From: Moniliella sp. 'wahieum'
Lineage: Eukaryota
Length of the DNA: 64,000 bases
Assembly: GCA_003971905.1 (NCBI GenBank)
Contig: RSEE01000033.1
Span: forward strand, 1 to 64,000
Direction of reading: 5' to 3'
The notes under the pieces are model-generated. The model worked only from the letters and a program-made list of their open reading frames with translations, did not search any database and was not told the DNA's origin. Both the position numbers and the translations under genes were made by a program. How positions within the stretch are numbered: the first letter of the stretch is position 1; every line of letters starts with the position of its first letter. This document shows positions 22,601 to 36,617 of this stretch, piece by piece.

Positions 22601-24378
22601 CAATGAACACAATGGACATGCTTTGCAAGAGAGCTATCGGCGCTGCACCACTGGTGTGGGTAGCGTCAATGGGCTTCACTCTCGATTGAATGTTGATGAT
22701 TGAGGCGACCAGTGGACTCGCCGCGCTTGCTGGTCGGGTGCGCTGTCGATCACCCCCGAACCCCGAGCCGTGTCGGAGTGAAACCGCATAAGGACGCTAC
22801 TGATGTGCGGGCTGCGAATGAGGGCAGCGCCGGTGCCAACACCGATGGTACACCTGGGGCTGTTGGCAAATAGGAAGCCTAACAATGCTCAGTGGCGCTG
22901 AGACCAGGCCCTACAACACCTCTTCAGCCAGAGAGCGCCGACTGCACGGCCCTACTCAATGTCGGGGTTGTGGTTCCCGCTATTGGTCCGGCATGTACGA
23001 ATCCCCTCCCACACACACACACACACTTCCTCTGGTATGATGTATTGACCCTCGCGCTTGTGCAGGCCCGAGTATGCAGGTTCTGATATGCAGACGGAGA
23101 TAGATAACCAAGAGATTATCTCACTATCTGAGCACTAGGACAAGATCGTTGAACAAAGTGGTGCCCGCTTTTCATTGATGTGGAAGGTGTCGGTTGTAGG
23201 TCATCGCCTCTGCCTTAGGCCACTCGCCAAGATGATGACGCTGCGGCAGCTGTCAAGTCCATGCCCACAGGCACGCTCTCAGAGTTCATGTCGTCTTATG
23301 ACCACGATCCTAGTGCTGCATACCGGTGTGCCTTCCCCCCTCTTCTCCCAGATGGAAATCAGGACCAAGTTGCCTCGCTCAAGCCTAAGGAATGTGCAAC
23401 AGGCATGGAAGTGTGGGAGTAGCAGGATGAGAAGTTGTGCTGCTGCTGCTCATCGCCCCTCCTGACCCACTTTGTTGGTAGAGATGCCGGTATGTGGTCC
23501 CTATTCGTGTGCCGTGGCTCAAGTTGCTGATGGGTCGCATTGGCCAGGCGCCGGACCAGAGGCAATCGAGCGCACGCACCGAAGCAGCGCTTGACGCGTC
23601 ACGTCACCGACCCCTAGCCAATCGTCCAAGGCACCAATGGCGGATGTGCGGGGGTGTAGCGCTCCCCGGGCCATGCGTGCCCCCAGTGTCACCCGGCGGC
23701 TGCTGCCTCGAACCAGGGTGTGGTTGAGCAAGCCGAAGGAGGGCCTCGTCTGCTTGTTGGTGCGGGGCGGGCTGGTGACGGCCGAAGGGAATCTATGATG
23801 ATACCCGAAGACTGGGGTTGGGTTGCCGAAGCCACTCAACTGCCCCAGCATGCCCCCATGCATCGCCTCGGCAGCGCCCCACCCGACAGCCACCCGCAGG
23901 CAGCACACAGGCCCCCCCAGCAACCCGCAGGCTGTCGGCAAAGGCAGCAGCCCATGGCCATGGCAGAAACGGTCAGAGAGCTGGTGGGGAGCTGTGTGGC
24001 TGAAGGATGTAGTGCCCGCGCTGGCGGCAGGCCGAGGGGTGGTCAGTGCACACTGCTGTGCTGCCCGGCTGGCCCTGCGCATGTCATCCATCATTCCTCG
24101 CATCCGCCGGCCCCCACCCGCGTTGGGTGTCGACGGTGCGGGGGAAGAAGAGAAGTATTGCCTGCTGCCGCCCCAATCCACCGCGGTAACCCCGCCCACC
24201 TGTCTGTCCCAAGCCCGATTGCCCATCCCCGCTCGCTCTCCCGACGGATGGGTGGCGGCGCTGCGGGGCTGCCACACCACTTCATATCCCGCCCGTTGCG
24301 ACAGGCAGAACACTCTCGTCCACCCCCCCCCCCCACCCTCTCTCTTCCGTCGCGTGTCTTGTCGCCCCCCCCTCCCAC

Positions 24379-26140
24379 ATGCCCGCCCCGATGCAAATCG
24401 TGCGCAACACGCCTTGCCCGTCCCGGCCATCCCGGAGGGCAACCTGTTTAGTGTCCTGATCAACAGCCCGCTGCCGGACTCCCACCCTGTTTTCGTGCGG
24501 AACGATGGGAAAGTCTCGACGTGCGTATGCAATGCCACTACCTCTTTCTGGTCCCTCCTGTGTTAGACAAGAGTGGAAGACGAATTGAAACTGACCGACC
24601 CTCCCACCCGCCCCCCTACCATTCTTCTTAACGGCCACTTTGACCCGGTGGCAGACGCGGCCAACTCATCCGTCTTTCTCGCCAGCTGGCCTATGCCTTT
24701 GTCCACCGTCTGCATCTGCGCCCTGGGGACAAAGTGGCGCTGTTGGCCTACAACTCGACATGGGTCCCCGTGGTGTTTTACGCATGCTTTATTGCTCGGT
24801 TGGTGGTGGTGCCATTGAGCTATTCCCTCACGGCGATCGAAATGGATCCGCTCATCACCGACTCGGACAGCAAGATCTTGATTTCGGACGAAGCGCATCG
24901 TGCGACGGCGCACCAAGCTACCAAACTGCCCATCTGGATCGTCGAAGACCAAGGCGCAACGGACGCGATGCCAACGAACAAGCACGAGCCCCACTTGTTG
25001 CGCACACTCTTGTCGTCGAACGAGTTGGATCCGCTTCCGTTGTCTCATCCTTCGGAACCGGCCGTGATTGCATACAGTTCCGGCACGACGGGCAAGAGCA
25101 AAGGTACGCTGTTGACCCATCGCAACTTTGTTGCGCAGCTGGTCCAGTGTCAGACGGCATTGGCATCGTATTGCCATACGGATGATGTGACCGTGGCGTT
25201 TTTGCCGTTGGGCCATGTGTTTGGGTTGGTCAAGTATATGTTGTACACGTTTCATCAGGGCATCACGGCCGTCTTGTTACCCCGCTTTGAGCTGGAGACG
25301 GTGCTGGCAGCCGTGCAGAAATGGCAGGTGCGGTTTTTGTTTTGTGCGCCGCCCGTGGCAGTGTTGTTGGCCAAGCATCCGGCGGTGGAGCAATACGATT
25401 TGCGTTCGCTAACCGCCTTGTTGGTCGGAGCTGCCCCGTTGAGCGAAAGTCTGGCCTCGGCGTGCGTGCAGAAGCGGTTGCCTGGGCTGCAGGTTTCCCA
25501 AGTGGCGGGCATGACCGAGACGACATCGGTCATGACGCTCAGCATGCCCGACACCTATGGCCCAGGGCGTGGGTCCGGCGGCCAAGTGGCGCCGTTGACC
25601 GAGGTGCGCTTGGTAACGGAGGCAGGGGAAGATGTGGCGTTTAGCCTGAATCCCGAAACGGGACGAAGCTACGCAGGGGAGATTTGGGTCCGGGCCCCCA
25701 CCGTGTTTGCTGGCTACCTTAACAATGCGAGTGCCACTGAAGCCACTATGGAGGGCGAGTGGCTCAAGACGGGCGATGTGGGCGAACATCGGGATGGGTT
25801 TATTTGGTACGTCGACCGGCAAAAGGAGTTGATCAAGCACAATGGCTTCCAAGTCGCGCCCTCTGAGTTGGAGGCCGTCTTGCTTGAGCATCCTGATCTG
25901 AGCGATGCGGCCGTGGTGGGGGTGTACATGGAAGCCGACGCGACCGAAGTCCCCAGGGCGTTTGTCGTGCCGCGCCACAACGGCGTCAAGCCCGAGGAGG
26001 TGCGGGCTTGGGTGGATAAGCAGGTCAGCTCGCACAAGCGCTTGCGGGGGGGAGTGTACTTCGTTCCGTCCATTCCCAAATCGCCCAGTGGCAAAATTTT
26101 ACGGCGAACATTGCGTGACCAGCCGCTGCCCAAGCTGTAG
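24379..26140 (+). CDS. 4-coumarate-CoA ligase-like acyl-CoA synthetase, probably peroxisomal
   Basis: YSSGTTGKSKG, GMTE, WLKTGD, VDRQKELIK, IPKSPSGKILRR, C-terminal PKL; intron 24521-24654 (GTGCGT..CAG) joins GKVST to RGQLIRL; one apparent indel in exon 1. Confidence 0.9.
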
Positions 26141-26602
26141 CTAGCTGATGATCTCGCGCCTGCCCTACTCCCGTTCACATCGCTTGCGTTGGGCCCAGTT
26201 GCAGGTCCAGCGAACCAAGCCAGTGTCCATTGGCCCCTATGCAACGAACGTATGCTCCCTCTAGTACAGATAAAAATGCAAATAAAGAATGCCTCATTTT
26301 CACCGCCGGTACTATTCATCCAATTCATCATCTTGAGTCCCCTATATCTCCCCTCCCTCTGTTGGCTTAGTTAGGGTGGGAGGGGAGCGAAAGATCAAGG
26401 GTGGGGAAAGAGGTGTTGCTGCTGTGGTTCGAGCTTGACTGGCGGCGAGACGAGCAAAAGGTTGTAAAGCAACATTAACCCTGGGAGCTTGAGCGTCGTC
26501 ATGCGCTTCTGCACTCAGGACGCAGCTGGCAGGTCAGGCCGCGTAGAACACGCAAAGCTGACCCCATGTACAGGACACCGCTAGCGCGGATGGCAAACAC
26601 AG

Positions 26603-26688
26603 TCCTCGATGGTCCAACGGCTATGATGTGACGCTCTCACGCTCCGGCGCTGTACCGTCAAGACCCGGGTTCGACTCCGGTCGGGGAA
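26603..26688 (+). tRNA. tRNA-Glu(CTC) with short intron
   Basis: Acceptor TCCTCGA/TCGGGGA, anticodon arm TGACG-CTCTCA-[intron]-CGTCA, GGTTCGACTCC T-loop, TTTTTT terminator. Confidence 0.9.
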
Positions 26689-27073
26689 CAATTTTTTGGC
26701 CCCCGGATGGATGATGTCGTGCCGCAATGCTGGGGTGCGCGTTCAAGGCGTGAAGGGATGGGCGCAGGCGAAGCTGGTGGTCGAGCGGTAAGAGGCCGCC
26801 TCTGGCCTCCTTGGTGTCGGCGAGACGGCGACCACTGCGGTTGCTCGCAGCATCACGTGATGCTTCCCATCGTGACATGTGTGACACGCCCCCCCGGCGG
26901 AATTGCGTCGGCTGTCCGCTCGATTTTTGGCCGGGCGTCGACGCTGAAGCGCCGGTGAAGCATGAAGCTGACGGCAACGGCAGTGGCGGTGCCGCTTGAG
27001 CTGTAACGTTGAGCGCTGGTTACCAACCAACCACCACCACTTGCGTCAGCGCCCACGTGGGGCCATTAACATT

Positions 27074-28290
27074 ATGGGTGTGGCTGAGAAGATCAAGGAA
27101 ATCGAGGATGAGATTGCGCGGACGCAGAAGAACAAGGCGACCGAGTACCATCTCGGTCTCTTGCGGGGCAAGCTGGCCCGCCTGCGGATGGAACTTCTCG
27201 AGCGGCCTCCAAGTCCTCCCGCCCGGCGAGGGGTTCGACGTGATGAAGTCGGGCGACGCGCGGGTCGCCTTGATTGGGTTCCCTTCGGTGGGAAAGTCGA
27301 CGTTACTGAGCAAGCTGACCGACACGGCCTCCGAGGGGGCCGACGAAGAAATATACCACGCTCACGCCATTCCCGGTTGTGGAGTACGACGGCGCTCGGA
27401 TCAACTGCTTGACCTACCCGGGACATTGAGGGGGCAGCACAAGGCCGTGGGCGTGGTAAGCAAGTTGTGTCGGTGGCCAAGACGGCGGATCTGATCCGAT
27501 CATGCTCGATGCGACCAAGTCGGCCCAGCAGCGTCCCCAGCTGGAGAAGGAGTTGGAGGACGTTGGTATCCGCCTCAACAAGACTCGTCCTGACGGTACG
27601 TTCGCTGCTGCTTCGATAACGATGGGCTGTACTGATGTGTGTATGCACAGTAACCATCAAGCGCAAGATGACGGGTGGGATTGTGGTGACCAAGGGTACC
27701 GGGGTAACCTTGACCCAGATTGACGAAAAGATGATCCAGACGATTTTGAAGGGATACAAGATGCACAAGTGGATGTGCTCATTCGAGAGGACATCTCGGT
27801 GGACCAGTTTATCGATGTGGTGCTCGGAAACCGCAAGTACACGCCGTGTCTGTATGTGTACAACAAGATTGACTCGATCTCGATGGAGGAAGTGGACCGG
27901 TTGGCGCACCAGCCCAACTCGATTGTCATCTCGGCAGAGATGGACCTGAACTTGGATGGGCTGGTGGCCACCATTTGGGAGCACCTTGGGCTCGTCCGCA
28001 TTTACACCAAGAAGCGGGGCGAGCACCCGGACTTGGCGGACCCATTAGTGGTGCGCAAAGACGCAACAGTTGAGCATGTATGCCATGCCGTGCACAGAGC
28101 GATCGCGGACAAGTTCAAGTACGCGCGTGGTGTACGGCAAGTCGTCCAAGTTCCCTCAGGAACAAAAGGTGGGATTGACCCACCGCATTGCTGTACGTGG
28201 CTTGCTGTCTGCCCTTCAAGTGTCGTGGGCGGTACTGATCCCTGTTTCTTTCCACAGCCGGACGACGTGATTACGATCTTCACCAAGTAG
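27074..28290 (+). CDS. RBG2: Developmentally regulated GTP-binding protein 2 (DRG2/Rbg2)
   Basis: [64 protein letters not shown] domain; introns ~27596-27650 and ~28193-28257; several indel errors. Confidence 0.93.
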
Positions 28291-28604
28291 GACGGCGTGG
28301 CGGACGGTGGTCTGGGTCGGTGTTGGGGGCAATGAATATGGCACACACATGTGGACTGGCCGGCAGGGGGGGGGGGGAGGCACTGAGGGCAAGCCATAGC
28401 ATGCAAGGTGTGATTGGATCTTGGGTGGCCGCCTGGCCGTCAGCTACGCTGGCACGGGGCCACTGTCGTATATGGTTGCGCTCTTTTGAAGCATTGCCCC
28501 TGGGGATGTGGTTGTGGCTGTGATGCGTTGCCCCAGCCTACCATTTCCACTTGAACGCTCCAGACGCCGCTCGCCCAAGCAGCTGCCTTGTGGTTACCAT
28601 TTCA

Positions 28605-28730
28605 TGGCCATTGCCACTGCCACTGCCACTGCCATTGCCATCCCCATCCCCATCGCCGTTGTCATTGCCATTGTCGTCGCCATCCCCGTCCTCATCCCCA
28701 TCACCATCACCACTGCCATCGCCATCCCTC
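28605..28730. repeat. Degenerate hexamer repeat (GCCACT/GCCATT/CCCATC)
   Basis: Visible 6 bp periodic array. Confidence 0.8.
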
Positions 28731-28770
28731 TGCGGCGCCCCCCCTTCTGTTTGATGCCACTCAACAGTAC

Positions 28771-31700
28771 ATGAGCTCATTGGCGCTAACCCGGCCTCCG
28801 CATGTCCACTCGCCCGCCCGATCCCTTGTTGGCCCACCAGCCCGATACTCCACCCCACGACCACCCCGTCGGAAAACGTGCATCTCCGCATGGCGTTCCG
28901 CGTGTCGCCGCCCCCAGCGCCGCCTGGTACACCGTGCAGGGGGGCATGTGCCCCTGCCCCAGCGCGTGGCCAAACCCGCACCGGCCGGCCCAGCCCAGGG
29001 GCCCTGCTCGGTCTGTGTCCCATGTCCATCCCGCAAGGCCTGCCTCTCCCCGGCACTGCCCAGTGTCCTTCTCCCCAGAGCAGTCTTTCCGCCCCCGCAG
29101 TGCCCACGTATCTGTCCCCCGAATGCACGAATTGGGCCAACGCAGGTGACCGCTCCGGTCCACAGCTGCAACCCGGCCAGGAGACGCTGTCAGGTGTCCG
29201 CTACACCTACCAGCCGCAGGCCCTTTTCCCATCTTGCCTCCCGCCTGGCACAAGTAGGGAGCACGTACGTGTCCATGATGGGGGTGCGCAGGGGCACCGT
29301 GCAAGTAGAGATGCCCCTCTAAAGCGCCCTGCCTCGCCTGACGAAGTACCCGAAGTGCGACTTGGGGCACGGCCGTGTTTACCCCAGCATAAGAGGAGGG
29401 TTACTCCTTTGGACTATGGGATTGGCCCATGCCAGCGCTCGCCTTCTCCTACATTGCGGGACAGCCTCCCCCCCTTTCCCCTCGGGGTGCGTACCCTCAG
29501 CAGGCGAGGAGGGCAGGGGACCGGGCACCCGCGTATGCATATGCATCGATCCACAGCGCATCTTCGACTCGGCCTACGAACCTCCCTCGTCTGGCCGCAA
29601 CAACGCAACCTTCCAGGACATATGGATCCTCTGCCGCTGGGGGCAACGGGTGTGGCGCCCCAGGCCCCCGCTCCTCAGTACCATCCTCCGCGCCAACCAG
29701 CTTGGCAGGGGGCGAGGCGCACTCCTACTTTGCCAAGTGTGCATGAGTATTACTACCTCCGATTCTGCCGCCGCGATCCGTTCGGCCACCTGGGCCATGC
29801 CACGTACCCTTTTTAGGGTCAACGTATCACCCCAATCGTCCTGGGGAGACGCGCTTGGGACGGGTGCCTCTACGCCAGTACACGGAACACGAGAGCCGGA
29901 GATGCATGGACCACTACCGCCTCGACATCCTGCGTTCGTTTCGAGAAAGACAGGATCGGCAAATAGGGAAACCGAGAGGCGGACCGAAGAGGAGCATCAT
30001 GCTACTTCCAACTTTGGCCCCTCAGATCTCACCCTACGTTCGCAGTACGTGCCTGGCCATCCGCACGCTTCCTTCTAGCCCGACGTGGTTCCAGCCCGCC
30101 ATCGCTCTTGGCCCTACCGGCCCCCCAGGCCCCGCGGCCAGTGCCGGCAGCCTCCGAGGCGGACCTCAACCAAGAACGCCACCCTGCCCCAGCTCCACCA
30201 AGTGCATTTCCTATGGCGTTATGGCTGCCTTCCTTCAGGTGCCCACCACGGGCCTCTAGTGACCGGAAAACGAACTCAGCCGCTTTGAGGGCTATTGTCC
30301 GCCCCCAAGGCCAAGGCAAAAGCGTGCTGGCAGACCGTTTCTGCCAGCGAGGACCAGCGAGATCGATGAACAAGGGACAGCGCCAAAGCCGGATGAACGG
30401 AAATAAGGCTAAGGCAAGTGCTGCTTCCAAGTCATTAGCGTCCTCTCCTACTGGTGCGAGCCCACTGCGTCCCCAGTCTGCGCGACCAAAGAAAAAGATA
30501 ACTACCTCGGCCCAAGAAGGGAAGCGGGCCCAATCGGCACCTCAACCTGCCTTGGCCAATGTGACCAACGCGCAGAACGTCAAGTTGGGAGAGGCAGTGC
30601 GGCTCCCAGTCCCAAGTGCCCCCTCACGTCGTTCGTCTCCACTGTCCATTTCGTCCCTGGTGAAGGGACAAGATGTCCCGTTGGAAGAGGCTTCCAATGC
30701 TGCTCGTTTGCGTCGTCCCCTTGGTCCCAGCAAGACGGGACGCGCCCGCTCGCCCAAACCTGAGAAGCAATCGGACGATTGCATAACGGATTCCAAGGCC
30801 CATAGTCCGATTGCCCCCGCAGCCCTGATCCTGGCTTGGTCGGCCGTGCTGGATCGAGCGTGCCCGACGAGTTGGCACCTCTTTTCCTCGGGTGAAGGAG
30901 GACGGGGCATTGGTCCCCGTGGCCGATCTGAGCGGGCGAGCAAGCCCGGCTGGTCTCAAGCTGGCCTCGCTCGATGCGTCCGACATCGATGTCTCGCTTG
31001 AAGATGCGGACGAGGAAGACTTGTACTTGGCCAAGCTGGGTTTGGAGCAGGTCCTGTCGCTTGGCCGCTTGGCTGACGAGGTGGATGTGGACGGGACGTC
31101 GATACGCACGCCCAGTGCCCAGCCAGCGATGCGAGAAACACCAGCTGGGCCGGCGTGGCAGCGGCAACCAGGACGCGTTGGAGCGATCGGATTTCGAACT
31201 GGGCTCCTGTCGCGCCGAAGGAATCCTGATCTGTCTGCGAACGACAAGGCGCGGCATGTGCCCGAAGCCGAAGGGCTCGCGCTGGCGGGGGGCACGACGC
31301 GGTGTGTGCCGACGGCGCGGGAGGCGCGTGCGGGCGGGCGTCGGTTGGTGGCCACGTGGAGCAGCAGCGCCGCACGTCCGACCCCACCGTCCGGCCCGAG
31401 GGGCCGAGTGTCAACCGGCTGGGCAAGCGACAAAAGGCGCTGCGCTTTGCCAAGTCGCGCATCCACGACTGGGGCGTGTATGCGCTGCAGCCGATTGCGC
31501 CGGGGGGAGCTGGTGATTGAGTATGTGGGCGAACTGGTGCGGCTGCAAGTGGCCAACGAGCGGGAACGGACGTACGAGCGCTCAGGCCAGTTCTCCACCT
31601 ACCTGTTCCGTATCGACGACGACTGCGCGGTGGATGCGACGCGCAAAGGCAACATTGCGCGCCTGATGAACCACTGCTGCACGCCCAACTGCGTGTCGCG

Positions 31701-31862
31701 CATCCTTACTGTCCAGGGCACCAAACGGGTCGCCTGTTTGCCACCAAGTGGATCGAACGGGGCGAGGAGCTGACGTATGATTACAAATTGGACGTCAACG
31801 CACACGACGAAGATGCCATTCCTTGTCTCTGTGGCTCCGAAGGGTGCCGTGGGTACCTATGA
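28771..31862 (+). CDS. SET1: SET1-family histone H3K4 methyltransferase (start uncertain)
   Basis: [58 protein letters not shown], post-[17 protein letters not shown]; Win-like CAR(S/A)EG at ~31258 across an indel. Confidence 0.8.
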
Positions 31863-33035
31863 GCCAGACCAGCCCGAGTATACCAACAGCACTGTTGTAT
31901 TCTATCCGCATCCCATTCCATTCTTCCTTGTGCGGGCGCAGTTTGTTGAGGCAAAGGTCTTCCTTGTGGTCAGCCAACGGCATTGAGCATCCAGTATAAT
32001 AGATCCAATCGTTCCCGCCCTGGCTACTACCAGTCTGACTGCACATCGCGAGGCTCTCCACCGCCACCGCAACATCCAAGAGGAGATTGCCGACCATGCG
32101 GTCCAGCGCCGGGCTCATCGTTTTGTTCAGTGAGCCAGTGGTGGGGGGGCAGTGTATCGCGCGGCGCAGGGAAAGCGGTCGGCGCGTGTCTACCGGCTGG
32201 GGTAGGAGGCCGGGTGAGGACGGTGGTGATGGTGGTGGTATCGGGATACTGGGGGTTTTCTTAAGTGCGCAGCACAACCGGGGCCGGTTCGGCCAAACCA
32301 CAGAGGTACAATGAAACTCATAATGCCCCAGGACATACAACTCGCCATACAAACGTCCGATTCATAACGAGTGCAGCATCTGCGTGGTAGTCGGCCTGTG
32401 CAACCTTCAACCCAGGCAGAGGGTAGAGCGGCGCGCCCGTTGCGTTTCGCCTTCCTCTCTCTTTCCTCCCAGGGGGATTTAAGATGACCTGGAAGGCCAA
32501 GAAGCCGCTCGCTTCCCAACGGGTGAGGTGATCGATACCGTCGTCTCGGGCTCTTGATCCTCGCCCACGGAAACTGAGAGCGGCTGCTGCCACCTCGACG
32601 CATGTCACCATTCCAGGACGTCGGGTGCCTAGTGTGCGGGTGATCCTGGTGGATGGGAAGTATATGATGGGCACGAAGCGCATGTGGCTTGTGAGGGAAT
32701 GGGGCTTCCGCGACGTCTCGTTCCATCTCGTTGGCGTTTGACGAGGAGCAAGGGAAGAATGTGCATTCAATCTTCATTCCCCCTCATCGTCTGCGCACGC
32801 CCACACGGGCTTGGAGGACCAAACATCGAGTTGCCCCACCGTCTCGTCCCAAGAAGCGCCCTTTGTACATGTCTATTCTTCTCCTTCCTGAGAACGGTCT
32901 GTTGGGACTGTATTCTTCGTTTCCCCTCTCCAGAGTGGGCGCTACATCAATCATACCAACCTCCCAGCCCCCTGGAATGAATATATTGAGTATAGTGCAA
33001 TGCATGGGTAGTAAAGCAGTCCCCCCTCAACCGAA

Positions 33036-34261
33036 TCACAGTTTTTCCACCACCAAGGCCGTGGCCGCGCCGCCGCCATTGCACACGGCCGCCACGCCCT
33101 TTTCGCCCGACTTGAGCGCATGCAGGAGCGTAACCAAGATGCGGCTGCCCGAGCTGCCAATCGGGTGGCCCAGACTCACCCCGCCGCCCAGGACATTGAC
33201 CTTGGCCGGGTCGAGCCCCAGGAGCTCAATGTTGGCCAAGGGCACGACGGCGAATGCCTCGTTGATCTCAAACAAGGCAACGTCCTCTTTTTGACACCGG
33301 CGCGGGGAGAGGGCCTTCTCGATGGCGCCGGCGGGGGCAATACCAAAGTCCATAGGCTCCAGGGCGTGGTCGGCAAAGGAGAGGATGCGGGCCAGAGGCT
33401 TGTAAGATTTTTGGCCGACAGCGCTCTCGCTCGCCAACAGCAGCGCGCTCGCTCCATCAGCCAAGGTGGAAGCATTGGCGGCGGTCACCGTGCCGTCCTT
33501 TTGGAAGACGGGCTTGAGGCCACGGATCTTGGCCTCGTCGGCATTCTCAAATCCTTCGTCACGATCGACGATCTTGTCGCCTTTGCGCTTGTCAACAATC
33601 GTCACCGGCGCAATCTCGGCATCAAACGCGCCCTTGGCCCAGGCATCGGCCGCACGTCGGTAGGACTGCAACGCATAGTCATCCTGTGCCTCCCGGCCAA
33701 TCTTCAAGTCGGCCGCCGTCTTTTCGCCGCAGACGCCCATCATTACCTTGTTGTACACATCAAACAGGCCGTCGTGGACCAAGGAATCCGTGAGGTGGCC
33801 ATGGCCAAAGCCCGAGGCGCCGCCGCGCTTGACATAGAAGGGGGCGTTGGACATGGACTCCATCCCGCCGGCCAGGCCAAGCGCACGATGGCCAACGCCA
33901 ACTGCGACGCCATCAGGGTCACACTCTTCAAGCCCGAGGCGCACACCTTGTTGATCGTGGTCGCTTCGGTCGAGGCGGGCAGGCCAGCGCCCAAGACGGC
34001 CTGGCGGGCCGGGGCTTGGCCGAGCGAAGCCTGGACGACATTGCCAATGAACGCCTCCTCCACGTCCTCGGGCGCCACGCCGGCGCGGTCGACAGCGGCC
34101 TTGATGGCCGTGGAGGCGAGCTGGGGGGCGGTGGCCTTGGCCAGCGCACCGTTGAAGGAGGTGGTGGGGGTGCGGGCGCCGCTGAGAATGAACACGCCCT
34201 CGCCCACCGGGGAGCGGGCGGGCGAGGCGGCGAAGCGGCGGACAGACGAGGGAAGGACCAT
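33036..34261 (-). CDS. Acetyl-CoA acetyltransferase (thiolase), likely mitochondrial
   Basis: TTINKVCASG, AGGMESMS, FEINEAF, GHPIGSSG, VCNGGG; N-terminus MVLPSSVRRFA resembles a presequence. Confidence 0.93.
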
Positions 34262-35045
34262 GCTTGGGTGCGCAGACGGGCAGCAGTGGGAGGAGGAGGG
34301 AACGAGGGGGAGGAAGGCGCAGGCAAAAAGGCGCCCCTTTTACAGCATTTGTGAGAACCGGCGCATCCGGCCCGGCCGGCACCGGTGGGGCCGACCGGGG
34401 AACCCCACATTTGAGCCGGCAGATGCACAGGCTGACACGGGTGACGCGGTGACGCTGGGTCACGTGCCAGCTACTGGGCGCGGCGCGGTCATTTACCGTG
34501 TGTTCGTTTCAACTTTCATGTTTGTCGCTCCGCATTGCTTCAATGTTCAACTTTCAACAAGGATGCATTTTAGACGACGGGTCAACGTCAACTGCCTTCA
34601 GGGTGCGCGGCAACCCGTCTTCGTCCGTCGCGGCATATGCCTCCACTTGCTACTACACAGGATGCAGAATTGTGGAAATTGGAGACTCAAGTCACACGGA
34701 AAGATTGCTATTGGACACACGCGGCGGATGTGTTATGAGAGGATGCATATATTGGGTGAATAGAGGAAGTAGAGTACATGGATGGGTAGGTCGTGCAACG
34801 AAAGCATGAGTAAAGCAGAATATAAACATCGCCAGGGTGGGTTGCTGGCATGGGAGTGGGACGGGCGCCAGGCCCATCCATGCCCCCTGATTGCGCAGCA
34901 GGTCCCACCAAGGCAAGAGAAGGCCAAGAGAGGAAAACTCAGAGCGACTGAGCCAGAGCAATCTCAGCCAAAGCTCGCCCGCCGCTTCGCGCGTACGGTG
35001 CGAGATGGGCTCTTCAATCGGCGTGAGCGAAACACGTGTCCTCCG

Positions 35046-36617
35046 TCAAGGGCGTGGGGGCGGCAACCGGGGGGCCGTCTCGGCGGCGGCGGCGTACAAG
35101 CCATTCACCTTGTCCGACGGCCGTACTGGGCCGCAACCGGCGGCCCAAGGCAAACAGCAGGCCTGCTTCTGCCAACTTGCACTCTTCTTGCGCTTCAACC
35201 GTAACCGAGGCCGGCGCAGGAGGGGGCAGCGTCGACGGCAGCGCGCCAGCCATGCCCTGGCCCACAGCATGACTGGGTCAGGGGAAGAAGGAATGCCCAG
35301 GTTGGCCTCGGTGGCGCGAACCATGGCCAGACCTTGGCGGCGGATGCCATAGCCCGCGAGCGGAGCTGCGTCTGCCGAGCGGTCGCCTCGGCACGCGTGG
35401 ACCTTGCTCGTGCCATGGACGTTCGGCGGCCAGCAGAAGCGCGTTGGTGAGCTTGTAGTACAGTACGCCGGCGTGACACTTGGCCTCCGTGTTGATCTCC
35501 ACGCCGGCAGTGGCTGAGGCGGCCACGGCTATTACCAGCAAGCGGAAGCAGGGCAGCTGGCGAGGCGGGCAACGTGGTGGATGCCTCGGGGGAAAGAATC
35601 AAGGAGATGGCTTGGTTGTACAGCTTGGCAGCCCGTTCGGGCTTGCCGTGCGAGGCATAGAAGCCAGCCAGCGACTCCATCCCCAGGCCCAAGTCGCCTG
35701 GGCCCACGTGGGTACATCGAGTTGGTGCATTGATGCAAAGGCATCTTGAACGGGCTTTTGCAGTTGCGCATTGGTCACCAGCGAGCTAGTGGGGTCCAAA
35801 GCATCAGGGGCCAAACCAGAGGCGTCATCGCCTCCACAGCCCATGTGTAGTACTTCTCCGCCAGGGCATCCATGTCTTGCAGTTGGTTGGCTTGCGAAGC
35901 AGAAGGGAGCGCCACAAGCCCACTGGCAGCCAGGTCACCCAGCTTCTGCGCCAGGGCTACCGCACACATTTTATCAGTGGCCACTGTGCTGGTAGAGAGG
36001 TCGGTAAACGCAGTCTCATATGCCTTGAAAGCGTCGGCGGCACGACCACCCTGCTCCAGGGCCGATGCGCGGGCAAGCGAAATGGTCGCCAGCTTGGTCC
36101 GGACCTCCTCCTCCGTCGCACCGAGACGAGCGGCAAAGCCACTGGCGCTGGCGGCCTTGCGGGCTGCCGACTCGGCCTGGGGTGTAGAAGCAACAGCGGC
36201 GACATAGTCACCGTGGCGCTCAGCGCGGGCAGCCTCGCGCAGCTCTTGCCGCACCGATGCGGGCCAGGGCGTGCCGAGCAGACGGTTGACATCGACCACG
36301 CCCGTCAGGTCGAGGGCGAGGGCACACCGATCAAGCTGGGGGTAAAAGAGGGTCGGTCAGCATGTGGCTCGAGGGGTGCAAAGTGGAGACGCAACGACGT
36401 ACAGCGCAGCAGCAATGCGCCACTTGTTGGCGCCGGCCGGGTTCTGGGTGTGGGTCCAGGACCAGCGGTGTGCTGCTCACCAAAGGCCGGAGCAACGGCG
36501 AGGCGGGAGCGGGAGGAGCCAAAGTAGCGCGGGGCAGGGGGTGTGTGGCGGTGGGGATGCTGGGGGTGGAGGGGGCGGAGGAGGCGCGGGCGAGGCGAGG
36601 GAGGTGGTGGGGAGCAT
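35046..36617 (-). CDS. Helical-repeat (TPR-like) protein, possibly mitochondrial Mgr3-like; boundaries uncertain
   Basis: Protein-like fragments WPASVRQELREAARA, KLATISLARASALE, ALAQKLGDLA, MESLAGFYASHGKPERAAKLYNQAISL, LLVIAVAAS across frameshifts. Confidence 0.5.

Noticed and set aside
19620..24370. Further retroelement remnants or genes
   Set aside because: No RT, endonuclease or other recognisable motif found by eye; a profile search is needed.
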